From Candidatus Bathyarchaeota archaeon (GTDB lineage Archaea > Thermoproteota > Bathyarchaeia > Bathyarchaeales > Bathycorpusculaceae): a stretch of 64,000 bases of DNA. Of this stretch, positions 51,471-60,485 are shown in pieces; position 1 is the first letter of the stretch, and every line of letters begins with the position of its first letter. Position numbers and translations under genes: made by a program. Below the pieces are notes generated by a model, which was not told the origin of the DNA, searched no databases, and saw only the letters and a list, made by a program, of their open reading frames with translations. The DNA is taken from NCBI GenBank assembly GCA_963832745.1, contig CAWHVC010000002.1, positions 384,001-448,000 on the forward strand, read 5' to 3'.

Positions 51471-53519
51471 TTGCCTAAAAAAGAATTTACAAGTTTCGAT
51501 GTTGCAGCTGCAGTTAAGGAACTTAAAGAGTCTGTTCTTGGTTCACGAGTGAATAATATTTATCAATTTGACCAAAAAACGGTTGTTTTTAAGCTTCATA
51601 AGACTAATTTGGCGTCGATTCGTCTTGTGGTTGAAGCGGGTCGAAGGCTTCATTCTACTGTTTATGCGGAGGAGAGTCCTTCTGAGCCGCCTCCTTTTTG
51701 TATGATGCTTCGTCAATACTTGCGTGATTCTTGGTTTGATAATATTGAGCAGTTTGAGTTTGAACGAATTGTTGTTTTGAGTTTTAGGACTAAAACTGGT
51801 TTGCTTCGGCTTGTTGTGGAATTGTTTGGGGATGGTAACATGATACTGGTTAATCCTGAGGGTGTGATTATTCAGGCGCTTTTTTTTAAACGTATGAGGG
51901 ACCGTAATATTTTGCATGGTGAAAAGTTTTTGTTTCCGCCTGCAATCGGGAAAAACCCGTTCAAGCTTTCTGAGGTTGAGTTGAAGATGGTGTTTGGGGA
52001 TTCGGGTGATGCTGAGGTTGTTCGTGTGCTTGCTCGTGGTGTTGGTTTGGGTGGTGTTTATGCTGAGGAGGTTTTGCTTAGGGCTGGTGTGGAGAAGACT
52101 GTGCATTGTAATGATTTGACTGTTGCTCAAGTTGCGGCTGTGTTTGGCGCGTTGGAGGGGTTGCTTTCTGTTTTGTCTTTGGGTAGGTTTGAGCCGTGTA
52201 TTGTTTTGGATGGGGATGAGTCTTATGTTGATGTTGTTCCTTTTCGTTTGCGGCGTTATGATGGTTTTGGGCGGAAAGATTTTGGGACGTTTAGTGAGGC
52301 TCTTGACGAGTTTTTTTTGAAGGTGAAGACGGCTGAGAAGGCGTTGGCGAGTGTTGAGGTTGACCGGTTGCAGGCTGAGGAGAAGCGGCTTAAACGGATG
52401 GTTGCTGATCAGGAGAAGGCTCAGGCGGATGATGATGCTAAGATGGAGCGGGATAGAACTGTTGGTAACACGATTTATGCGCATTTTGGTGAGTTGGAGG
52501 GTTTTGCGAATAAGCTTGTTGCTTTGAATCAGCGTGGTGTTGAGTGGAGTCAAGTTTTTGCTGGGGTGTTGGAGGATAAGCGTGCTGGTAAGGTTCCTGA
52601 GGTTTTTGTTGAGGGGATTGATGCTAAGAATGTGGCTGTGAACTTTTTTTTGGATGGTTTGCGGTTTAGTCTTAGTGTGCGTGAATCGATTTTTGATAAC
52701 GCGAATATGTATTATGAGCGTGGTAAACGTGCGAAGGCGAAGTCTGCGGGTACTGTGACGGCGCTTTTGGATTCTAAACGGAAGTTGGCGCGGGTGCAGC
52801 GGGAACTTGCGGAGGCTGAGCAGCTTAGGAGTATGAAGCCTGCGGAGATGCTTGAAGCGTTGGCGAAGCGTAAAATTGAAAGCAAGGAGTGGTTTGAGAA
52901 GTTTCGTTATTTTACTACGAGTGACGGGTTTTTGGTGGTTGCGGGCAAGGATGTGGTAACCAACGAAATCTTGGTCAAAAAGTACACGCAGCAAGAGGAT
53001 GTTGTGTTTCATGCGGAGATTACTGGTTCTCCGTTTGTGGTTGTTAAGGCGGAGGGGCGTGAAATCACTGACCAAGCCTTAAAAGAAGCCAGCGAATATG
53101 CGGCAGCTTTCTGTCGTGCTTGGCGTGAAAACGCTGGGTCGGCGGATGTGTATTGGGTTCGGGTTGACCAGCTTAGCAAGAGTGGGCCATCGGGCGAGTC
53201 GATTCCGCATGGCGCGTTTTTTGTGGTTGGGAAACGTAACTGGTTCCGTAATACGCCGTTGCGGTGTGCGGTTGGCGTGGTTGTTGGTGAAGAGGCGGAA
53301 TTTATTGGTGGTAGCGTGGATTCGGTGCGGGCGCGGGCGAAAGCGTTTGTGGTGTTGGTGCCGGGTGACTACAGCGGTAAGGACCTGCTTAAGATGGTGC
53401 TTAAAACCCTCACGCTTAAACTGTCTAAGGAGGATAAGGAGAAGCTGGGTAAAACATCGCTTGAAATGGTGCGGGAATTTATTCCGTACACCAAAGGGGC
53501 AATCAGCCAAAAACCCTGA
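51471..53519 (+). CDS. NFACT / Rqc2 (RqcH-like) ribosome quality-control protein
   Basis: FTSFDV, PPFCM.LR, ELFGDGN, GGVYAEE, WFEKFR.F..SDG.LV.AGKD...NE, SGE.I.HGAF.V.GKRN. Confidence 0.93.
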   Translation: MPKKEFTSFDVAAAVKELKESVLGSRVNNIYQFDQKTVVFKLHKTNLASIRLVVEAGRRLHSTVYAEESPSEPPPFCMMLRQYLRDSWFDNIEQFEFERIVVLSFRTKTGLLRLVVELFGDGNMILVNPEGVIIQALFFKRMRDRNILHGEKFLFPPAIGKNPFKLSEVELKMVFGDSGDAEVVRVLARGVGLGGVYAEEVLLRAGVEKTVHCNDLTVAQVAAVFGALEGLLSVLSLGRFEPCIVLDGDESYVDVVPFRLRRYDGFGRKDFGTFSEALDEFFLKVKTAEKALASVEVDRLQAEEKRLKRMVADQEKAQADDDAKMERDRTVGNTIYAHFGELEGFANKLVALNQRGVEWSQVFAGVLEDKRAGKVPEVFVEGIDAKNVAVNFFLDGLRFSLSVRESIFDNANMYYERGKRAKAKSAGTVTALLDSKRKLARVQRELAEAEQLRSMKPAEMLEALAKRKIESKEWFEKFRYFTTSDGFLVVAGKDVVTNEILVKKYTQQEDVVFHAEITGSPFVVVKAEGREITDQALKEASEYAAAFCRAWRENAGSADVYWVRVDQLSKSGPSGESIPHGAFFVVGKRNWFRNTPLRCAVGVVVGEEAEFIGGSVDSVRARAKAFVVLVPGDYSGKDLLKMVLKTLTLKLSKEDKEKLGKTSLEMVREFIPYTKGAISQKP

Positions 53520-53520
53520 A

Positions 53521-53821
53521 TTTCAACATACTAATGGCGCAGAAAAGCGCCAATACAGACCTACCCCCCTTAGCGTTTCCATAAAAGAGCTGAAAATATA
53601 GACCCCCTATAGGTTCCAGCATAGAACTGCTATTTGGATCCTAATAGGTTGGTATGAAAAATAAAGCACTGAAAAGCAGCAGACAGCAAAGACAGCACAA
53701 TGCACGTGGACACTAGCATGGCCCACAAATAGGACAAACAAACAATACCGCCCTAAACAAAACCCAAAACCCCAAACCAACCCTATAAACAATTTTCGCG
53801 TTAAAAAAGCCTTAAAATAAA
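53521..53821 (-). repeat. conserved non-coding element, copy B (possible structured RNA)
   Basis: Same four blocks as 3820-4041, plus a second C-string unit (53601-53650) matching 4991-5039; hairpin TGGCGC-N6-GCGCCA at 53535-53552. Confidence 0.8.
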
Positions 53822-53828
53822 GTGCATT

Positions 53829-54110
53829 TCAAAGAAGCTGTTCAATTTTGACTAAATAATCAGCAACTTGCCTGCCTTTCTCCGTCAACGAAACATCCAA
53901 TCTTCTGGTTCGCCTTTCAGGTGGCGACTGTTCAGTTAACCCGTTCTCGCTTAACAGTTTTAATGCTGAATATTTTGCGCCTTGGCTGCCTTGAACGTTG
54001 CTGAAAATTTCTGAGATTGAGGCTTTTTGTTTTTCCTTTAGGTAGACGATGATGCGGGGGGCGGTGGTTTGTTCAAGGATGGCAAGTTTTTCTTTGTTCA
54101 CGGGTTTCAC
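53829..54110 (-). CDS. small winged-helix DNA-binding protein
   Basis: RIIVYL...Y SALKLL.ENGL...SLTEKGRQVADYL; paralog of 5047..5310. Confidence 0.8.
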   Translation of the reverse strand: MKPVNKEKLAILEQTTAPRIIVYLKEKQKASISEIFSNVQGSQGAKYSALKLLSENGLTEQSPPERRTRRLDVSLTEKGRQVADYLVKIEQLL

Positions 54111-54119
54111 GTTATTGGT

Positions 54120-54228
54120 TATTGATTATCGTTAAGCAGTTTTTAAATTGATTTATAAATTATCGATTATCGATATTAAATAAATATATAAGCATGGGCT
54201 GTGTAATAGCGTATATCGAAAAACGATA
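54120..54228. promoter_or_regulatory. three 15-bp palindromic operator candidates around back-to-back TATA boxes
   Basis: TATTGATTATCGTTA (54120-54134), TATCGATTATCGATA (54161-54175), TATCGAAAAACGATA (54214-54228); TTTATAAA at 54152-54159 and TATATAAG at 54185-54192. Confidence 0.65.
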
Positions 54229-54229
54229 A

Positions 54230-54691
54230 GTGACGTGTTTGAAAATGGAAAGCCAACTAATATCCAAATTACCTGAAGAACTCAGGACAAAATACCTAAA
54301 ATACACACGAAAAAGCACACCAACAATTGAAACATTGAAGATTGCTACAGCCTTGAAGCTTTGGAATGACCGCAGCTTTAGAGACGTGCAGTTTGACGTG
54401 CCTTTAGTTTTTAGAGGCAGAACTGTTTTTGCTAAGGTTCTGGCGAAGAATGGGGATGGCGTCGTGTTTGGGGTTGAGTGTGCTTCGGTGGTTAGGTTGG
54501 GTTTGTTGCGTGCGCGGATTGAATTATTGCGGGCTTGTTTGCAGTCTGATAGTTATTTTATTGTTGTTTTCCCTGAAACCGCTGGAGAACGGGTTGATAA
54601 GGCAGTCAAGTTCGCTGATGAAGTATGGGTAACAGGTAAAAACGGTGTAGTGGCGCAGATGTTATTTGCATCAGTCTTGCATTTGGAATAA
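54230..54691 (+). CDS. hypothetical protein with degenerate PD-(D/E)xK-like fold
   Basis: Paralog of 5463..5938; likely start at ATG 54245. Confidence 0.8.
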   Translation: MTCLKMESQLISKLPEELRTKYLKYTRKSTPTIETLKIATALKLWNDRSFRDVQFDVPLVFRGRTVFAKVLAKNGDGVVFGVECASVVRLGLLRARIELLRACLQSDSYFIVVFPETAGERVDKAVKFADEVWVTGKNGVVAQMLFASVLHLE

Positions 54692-54840
54692 GCCCATGTC
54701 TGTTAGAATTTATTAATAATTTATGTCATGAAAGTAAAAAATCGTGCCTAAAAATAATTACAACTTCTAAAAAATGAAAAAATGAAAGTTTTTTTTGAAA
54801 AAATTTTATTAACAAAAAAGATGCTATATTAGCCAACCGA

Positions 54841-55887
54841 ATGGAAGTGCCGTTGGTTACGAGTAGTTTAGTCCTTAAGCCCTCAAAGGTTCTATGTTCA
54901 CTTGAAGATAACGAATTTGAGGAAATGATACATGATTGGCGTAGCACTTACAAAGGTAAATTGTATCAAAGAGTAGAATGGCTTGGAGGCAAAGGTGATG
55001 GCGGACGAGATGTTAAGTGCACTGGACTTAGTGATACTGAAATTACAATTTATCAATGCAAAAATTATGACAAAAAGTTAACCCCCTATTACATTTTCAA
55101 AGAAGTGGGCAAATGTTGTTATAACATTTTTAAGAAGGTTTATCCACTTCCAATAAAGTATCTGTTTATATCACCACATGGTGTCACCGCAGAAGTTACT
55201 GATTTATTTTCGAACCCTTTGAAACTCAAGGTCGATTTGAAAGCTGTATGGCCAAATACTTGTGAGACGCATATTCAAGCTTCCAGAATTCCATTAATCG
55301 GTGACTTTGAGAAGTTTATCGATAACTTTGATTTTTCAATTTTTAATTACGTAAGCCCCAATGAGTTTTTAGAAGATTTTGAAAATACGTGCTATTATTC
55401 AAAGTATTTTAAAATGATCAAAAAAGCGAGACCTCTTGGGCCATATGATGCACCTGAGCAATATGGAGAAAATGAGTTAGATTATATACAAAAATTATTA
55501 GCTGTGTACAAAGAATATTCTCAAGAAGAGATCGTTAATGAGGCTGTACTAAAAAGTCTAAAGCCTAAGTTATATGACGAATTTAAAAGACATCGATTTT
55601 ATTTCTATTCTGCAGATTGTTTAGCGGAATATTCAAGGGAAGTTTTTCCTCCAGAAATGCCTTGGTTTGAACACTGCAAAAAAGAGTTTTACTATGGAAT
55701 TATTGATGAGGTATCTGAGGATGCTGAACATGGTTACAGTCGTCTCAAAAAAGTAATCAAACGAGCCACAGATCTGGACATTAAATTAGGTGATGACCCC
55801 TCGGTTCGACTTAGAGTTCAGGATAAACGAGGTATGTGTCATCACTTGGCAAATGAAAGAGAGGATATTGTATGGACCAAGAAGTGA
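54841..55887 (+). CDS. ABC-three-component / Lamassu effector (Mrr-like nuclease plus C-terminal domain)
   Basis: EFEE...GGKGDGGRD...YQCK nuclease motifs; C-terminal FYSA..L...RGMCHHLANE..IVW. Confidence 0.8.
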   Translation: MEVPLVTSSLVLKPSKVLCSLEDNEFEEMIHDWRSTYKGKLYQRVEWLGGKGDGGRDVKCTGLSDTEITIYQCKNYDKKLTPYYIFKEVGKCCYNIFKKVYPLPIKYLFISPHGVTAEVTDLFSNPLKLKVDLKAVWPNTCETHIQASRIPLIGDFEKFIDNFDFSIFNYVSPNEFLEDFENTCYYSKYFKMIKKARPLGPYDAPEQYGENELDYIQKLLAVYKEYSQEEIVNEAVLKSLKPKLYDEFKRHRFYFYSADCLAEYSREVFPPEMPWFEHCKKEFYYGIIDEVSEDAEHGYSRLKKVIKRATDLDIKLGDDPSVRLRVQDKRGMCHHLANEREDIVWTKK

Positions 55888-56375
55888 ATAACTCTAAAAT
55901 GTCCATTTTTAACTCACCAATGGAAGTGGGTTTGAGGTTACTCTTCATCTTTTCAAAGACAACTGTTCCGCTTGATTTGCAGCGATTAATTCATTACAAT
56001 TACTTGTTGATTCATTCTGCAGATGCACCAGATGGTCCTGCTAGTATACATCCAGAACTTCCATTGCGATCTTGTGAAATGTTGGTCAATCGAACAATAC
56101 TAAAAAAGGGGTTAAACCTCTTATTGCTTAAGGGGCTTGTTTTTGTTAGTTACTCTGAGAAAGGTATTGTTTATTCTAAGAATGAATCGACGGATGATTT
56201 TGTTGGTTATTTTCAATCAGAATATTCCCAACGATTGAAAGAACGAGCAGAATGGTTATGCTTAACTTTCGATAAGCTAACAGACGGACAAGTAACTGAT
56301 TTAATTGAAAATAATCTAGGCAAATGGGGTACTGAATTTACTCCTACTCGTGATGAGGTCGATGAAGATGTCTGA
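55872..56375 (+). CDS. ABC-three-component middle component (LmuC-like)
   Basis: FNSP.EVGLR.L, LQRL..Y.YLL.HS.D...GP.S.HP..P.RS.E; overlaps both neighbours. Confidence 0.8.
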   Translation: MDQEVNNSKMSIFNSPMEVGLRLLFIFSKTTVPLDLQRLIHYNYLLIHSADAPDGPASIHPELPLRSCEMLVNRTILKKGLNLLLLKGLVFVSYSEKGIVYSKNESTDDFVGYFQSEYSQRLKERAEWLCLTFDKLTDGQVTDLIENNLGKWGTEFTPTRDEVDEDV

Positions 56376-58212
56376 GGGTATCTATTTTTCCAAAATATCT
56401 GTTCTTGGTCGCAATAAACCACCAGCGGAAATTAATTTAACTAAAGGATTAAATGTCATATATGGTCCATCCGATACTGGCAAATCGTACATTCTAGAAT
56501 GCCTAAATTATGTGTTGGGTGGGAAGGATGAACCAAAACACATTCCTCAATCGGAAGGGTATCAACGAATTCAAGCAGAGATACGCGTTTTTGAAGGAAA
56601 AACCCTAACGCTCTCTAGGCCTTTTAAAGATAATAAAATTTACTTGGCTGAGTGCTCATCTGAAGGCTTCGATAAAGCAGAGCCAATTCCACTATCGAGT
56701 AGACACAGTGAATTTACCGATAATGTTTCAATGTACCTTCTGTCTTTATTGAATTTGAATAAAAAAGTTATCAAAAGTTCAGTTTACAATGATAAGAAAA
56801 ACTTGAGTTTTAGAAGTCTTGCAAGATTATGTCTCATCAAGGAAGATCGGATAATAACCTTAAAATCGCCTATTTATGATGGCATTGTTACCGATGAATC
56901 AGAAAGCAAATCCACTTTCAAGTTATTATTAACAGGTCAGGATGACAAGGATTTGCCTAGTTTTGAGAATCCTGAACATGGAAAAAGCAGAATAAAGGGT
57001 AAGATTGACTTAATAAAAGCGGATATTGAAAAAAAGACTGGAGAATTAGCTGAATTTAGAAAAAAAGGCGAACAACTAAATAGTGAAGAGATAAATGTTC
57101 AAATTCATAAGTTATTGACAATTGTTGAAAACGCACATCGAGAGATATTGGCTCAAGAAAAAGAGCGTGCCGAAATATATTCTCAAATGAACCATCTCGA
57201 AGCTGTCTTAATCCAAAATGAGGAACTGAAAAAAAGGTTTGAACTCTTAGATAAGTCATATTCAACCGATTTAGATAGACTTGAATTTATCAACGAGGGT
57301 AAATCAGGTTTGGATCAGTTGGGTGATGTAACTTGCCCGCTTTGTGACACAGAGATTGACGGTCAGTTACTTGAACCACATGATGATATGGGCGTTAGTT
57401 TATTGCGTTCAATTAGAGCTGAATATACTAAAATTGCTCGAAAGAAATCAGACTTATCGAAAGCTTTAGCTGATGTTGACGAAAAAATAAGCTCTACCCA
57501 AACCTTAATTTCAGATAAAACTTTGCAATTTAAAAAAATTGATGAATACATTATAAATAAACTTAAACCTGTGCATACTGTGAACTCTAAAAATCTGGAT
57601 GAGTATATGCGGCTAAGAAGCAATAAGTCTAAAGCCGATTTAATTGAAGAGCAAATAGCTGATCTTAATATTTCCTTGAGACAATTTGATCGGGCGCTTG
57701 GACACATGCAGGAAAAAGCGCCACCTGTAGAAGTTCCAGTTGACTATTACTCAGAATTCTGCTCAAATATTCAGGAAATATTGGTTTCTTGGGGGATTAA
57801 TTCTGATGAAGTTGAGTTTAATTTAGGTACTAATGATATTATCATAAATGGAAAGAGCAGAGACCTTTTTGGGAAAGGTTATCGTGCGATTTTCTTTTCG
57901 GCTTTTATGATGGGTTTGCTTCAGCATTCTCTAAAGAGAAAAACAGGTCATCCTCGCTTTTTAATGCTTGATTCTCCACTTACAACTTTTAAGGGCAGGG
58001 ATAGCGGTTTAAAAGATTCTGATGAAGAGATTCCCCCTGAAATAATAAACCAGTTCTTTGAAGGTATTGCAAATTTGGATTATTTGCAAAGAATACAGGT
58101 TATCGTACTAGACAATCGTGAACCCCCCAATAGCGTGAAAGCAAGAATAAATCATATATTTTTCTCGAAGACTCATGAACCAAGTAGTCGTTATGGTTTT
58201 TTCCCAACATAA
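56368..58212 (+). CDS. Rad50/SMC-like ABC ATPase (LmuB-like, short type)
   Basis: Walker A GPSDTGKS, coiled coil with CPLC hook, degenerate signature FGKGYRA, Walker B FLMLDSP. Confidence 0.88.
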   Translation: MSEGIYFSKISVLGRNKPPAEINLTKGLNVIYGPSDTGKSYILECLNYVLGGKDEPKHIPQSEGYQRIQAEIRVFEGKTLTLSRPFKDNKIYLAECSSEGFDKAEPIPLSSRHSEFTDNVSMYLLSLLNLNKKVIKSSVYNDKKNLSFRSLARLCLIKEDRIITLKSPIYDGIVTDESESKSTFKLLLTGQDDKDLPSFENPEHGKSRIKGKIDLIKADIEKKTGELAEFRKKGEQLNSEEINVQIHKLLTIVENAHREILAQEKERAEIYSQMNHLEAVLIQNEELKKRFELLDKSYSTDLDRLEFINEGKSGLDQLGDVTCPLCDTEIDGQLLEPHDDMGVSLLRSIRAEYTKIARKKSDLSKALADVDEKISSTQTLISDKTLQFKKIDEYIINKLKPVHTVNSKNLDEYMRLRSNKSKADLIEEQIADLNISLRQFDRALGHMQEKAPPVEVPVDYYSEFCSNIQEILVSWGINSDEVEFNLGTNDIIINGKSRDLFGKGYRAIFFSAFMMGLLQHSLKRKTGHPRFLMLDSPLTTFKGRDSGLKDSDEEIPPEIINQFFEGIANLDYLQRIQVIVLDNREPPNSVKARINHIFFSKTHEPSSRYGFFPT

Positions 58213-58308
58213 CTTTTTGAGATCATACGTAGAAACCTGTTTTCTGGTAGGCGCTGATTATGGTTAAGTTTATTAGTGTTCTTTCTTAATTTTTGTTGGT
58301 GACTTGTT

Positions 58309-59076
58309 TTGAAGTGGCATTTTATAGTTTTGTTTTCGTTTTTGCTTATGTTGGGTTTAGTTAGTCCTGCTCTTGGAGAAATGATGCATGAAGGCATTGG
58401 CGTGACTGATGGTGATTCTTTTTCTTACAGTTACCTTTGCTATTTTGATTCTAATGATTCAGGTTTTAGTATGCCTGCGGATTTTTCTTGGATTAATCAA
58501 ACACAGTATTACATGATGAACGTGACTGGCGTTAGCGGGCAATCGGTCAATTATGATACACACATGTACTTCGACAACGGCACAAGCATTGCCGGCTACG
58601 GTTACATGAATATGCAGGATGGCGTTAACTCGATGATGCAGGGTTACAACCCGATGAGCGGCACCTATAACGGTAACTACTTCTTTATGCAGTCAAACGT
58701 TGGCATGATGGGCAGAATGTACCCTTCCAACACTAACAGTCCAACAGTAAACGACACAGTAACACGCAGTTACCCCGACGTCGAAAGAACCCTTAACCAC
58801 ATGTACTTTATCCTCAACCAAAACGGCGACATAAACCAAACCGACTACTACTTCGACCAAGCAACCGGCGCAATGGTAGAATGGAGAGAACAATACATCC
58901 AAACACACGGCAGCCTGCAAGCAAACAGCACACAAATCATGCAGTTAACCCAATCAACCGCTTGGACAGTACCCGAATTCCCAACACTAATCATTATACC
59001 ATTAATTTGTGCAGCAACCGCAGCAGCCATCTTGCTAAAAACAAAAAACAAAAACCTCCAAATAAAACTAAAATAA
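58309..59076 (+). CDS. secreted Met-rich protein with PEF-CTERM-like sorting signal
   Basis: Signal peptide; C-terminal VPEFPT, TM and Lys-rich tail. Confidence 0.78.
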   Translation: MKWHFIVLFSFLLMLGLVSPALGEMMHEGIGVTDGDSFSYSYLCYFDSNDSGFSMPADFSWINQTQYYMMNVTGVSGQSVNYDTHMYFDNGTSIAGYGYMNMQDGVNSMMQGYNPMSGTYNGNYFFMQSNVGMMGRMYPSNTNSPTVNDTVTRSYPDVERTLNHMYFILNQNGDINQTDYYFDQATGAMVEWREQYIQTHGSLQANSTQIMQLTQSTAWTVPEFPTLIIIPLICAATAAAILLKTKNKNLQIKLK

Positions 59077-59107
59077 AAAGCTAAAAAATTAGCCCTCATT
59101 CTTTTTC

Positions 59108-59554
59108 CTAAAGTATCTCGCCTAAATGAACAATTATCCCAAGCACAATTGAAACCGTCCAAATCACAAACGTGGGCAGCATCCAACGTTTCACCCGTCT
59201 ACAATTCATTTGATCAAGAGGCTTAAGGAACCAAGGAACAATACAGACAAAACCCATAACGTCGCCCGCAACTCCTAAAACAACTTTTAAGATGACAATT
59301 GTAAGCGGCAAAACAGCGAATTCTGCAATTTCTGGAGCAGCATCAATCAAAACAGGAATCATCACCGCAAATACTGTAACCATTTTTAAAACAAAACCAA
59401 ACATCGACAAGTAACCGTGTCTATGCAACGCTTTTTTTGCCCCCCTGCGTCCAATAACACCAATGGTAACCAGCACTAATGCGGCAATATTCACAATTAA
59501 ACTGACAGTTCCAAAATCAATATCCAAATAAGCACTCCCTGCCCAACTAAACAT
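59108..59554 (-). CDS. four-TM membrane protein (DUF420-like)
   Basis: Four hydrophobic helices, HG motif after TM1. Confidence 0.65.
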   Translation of the reverse strand: MFSWAGSAYLDIDFGTVSLIVNIAALVLVTIGVIGRRGAKKALHRHGYLSMFGFVLKMVTVFAVMIPVLIDAAPEIAEFAVLPLTIVILKVVLGVAGDVMGFVCIVPWFLKPLDQMNCRRVKRWMLPTFVIWTVSIVLGIIVHLGEIL

Positions 59555-59685
59555 GCCAAATTATTTATAAATTTCACCTCGCCTGCTAAACCAACACCGC
59601 AAAAACTGAACAAACGTTAAATAAAACTAAAAAAGCACCACTAAACCCTTCTCTTTATAGAGGTAGTTTAGTTCTGCAAGAGCAG

Positions 59686-59699
59686 AAAATGTTTAAATG
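59686..59699 (+). promoter_or_regulatory. BRE/TATA upstream of tRNA
   Basis: Purine-rich GAAAA followed by TTTAAATG about 40 nt before the mature tRNA 5' end. Confidence 0.5.
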
Positions 59700-59735
59700 T
59701 TTTCTGAGATAGCAGTATAGAGATAGTTAGTGTTT

Positions 59736-59809
59736 GGGCCCGTAGCTCAGCTCGGTGGAGCGCCAGACTCATAATCTGTTGGTCGCTGGTTCAAATCCGG
59801 CCGGGCCCA
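59736..59809 (+). tRNA. tRNA with CAT anticodon, most likely tRNA-Ile2 (agmatidine type)
   Basis: Cloverleaf: acceptor GGGCCCG/CGGGCCC+A, D stem GCTC/GAGC, loop CT-CAT-AA, T arm GCTGG TTCAAAT CCGGC. The GGGCCC acceptor is Ile-type; no intron, CCA not encoded; C27.U43 mismatch. Confidence 0.93.
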
Positions 59810-59877
59810 CTAAACTTTTCGGGTTTGGTTTTTCTAAAAAAGGGGCAATTAATTTAGCGTTGACACGGTTGCTATGC

Positions 59878-60249
59878 TTAAATGTTCAATACTTTTACTT
59901 TCAAAGTGAAGCCTAAGTGATCATGGTCTTGGTAATGATGAAGCAGCGTCCAGTCAATGTACACAAGTTTCGCGTGAACGCCCAAGTAACAGTAGGTGCT
60001 TCCGATTTGCGTGTGCCACCAAGCATCAAAGCCTTCGAAACTGCCATTCTTGTACTTAATTTCCTTCCACGCGTCATGAGTAAAGTAGACGTCAACTGTG
60101 CCTTTGATGGTGACAACGTCGCCGTTTATTGCTACCGGCGTGGCTTTAATGTGTCTGGCAAACGGGTAAGCAGCGGCAATGTAGCATGATGCAAGCGAAA
60201 TAACGAGGCATACAACCGTCCAGGTTATTACCATTTTTTTCTGATGCAA
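59878..60249 (-). CDS. hypothetical exported protein
   Basis: N-terminal hydrophobic helix, beta-rich remainder, GAGG RBS. Confidence 0.6.
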   Translation of the reverse strand: MHQKKMVITWTVVCLVISLASCYIAAAYPFARHIKATPVAINGDVVTIKGTVDVYFTHDAWKEIKYKNGSFEGFDAWWHTQIGSTYCYLGVHAKLVYIDWTLLHHYQDHDHLGFTLKVKVLNI

Positions 60250-60485
60250 AATTTTTTCCTCAACTTTTGTTTAAAAAATCGCTGATTTAACTGAATCAAA
60301 TGCAAACTTAATAACCTTGATGGAACTAAAATCTAGCCGTAAACCGAATAAAAAGTAAAAAAGTTACAGCCTGCACCCCAACCACTATACATTTTAGCCC
60401 CACCCCCACAGGAAACACTGCGCCCACCCAAACAGCACCACCACGCCACCCCAACAACCAAACAACCACAACAAAGAAAAAAACG

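Noticed and set aside
51543-53075. 510 aa antisense ORF inside the NFACT gene
   Set aside because: By-product of the extreme G+T codon skew of the sense gene, which leaves few antisense stops; low-complexity K/N/H/T/L composition and no motifs.
53552-53660. Tandem degenerate units as a CRISPR array or a bona fide replication origin
   Set aside because: Only two to three poorly conserved units, no constant repeat-spacer period, no cas genes. The ORB match is loose and no orc1/cdc6 is adjacent; kept only as an alternative hypothesis.
53720-53726. GGCCCAC matching the tRNA 3' end (possible att site for the Lamassu island)
   Set aside because: Only 7 bp, part of the conserved hairpin of the repeat element, on the 5' side of the tRNA, and no integrase is present.
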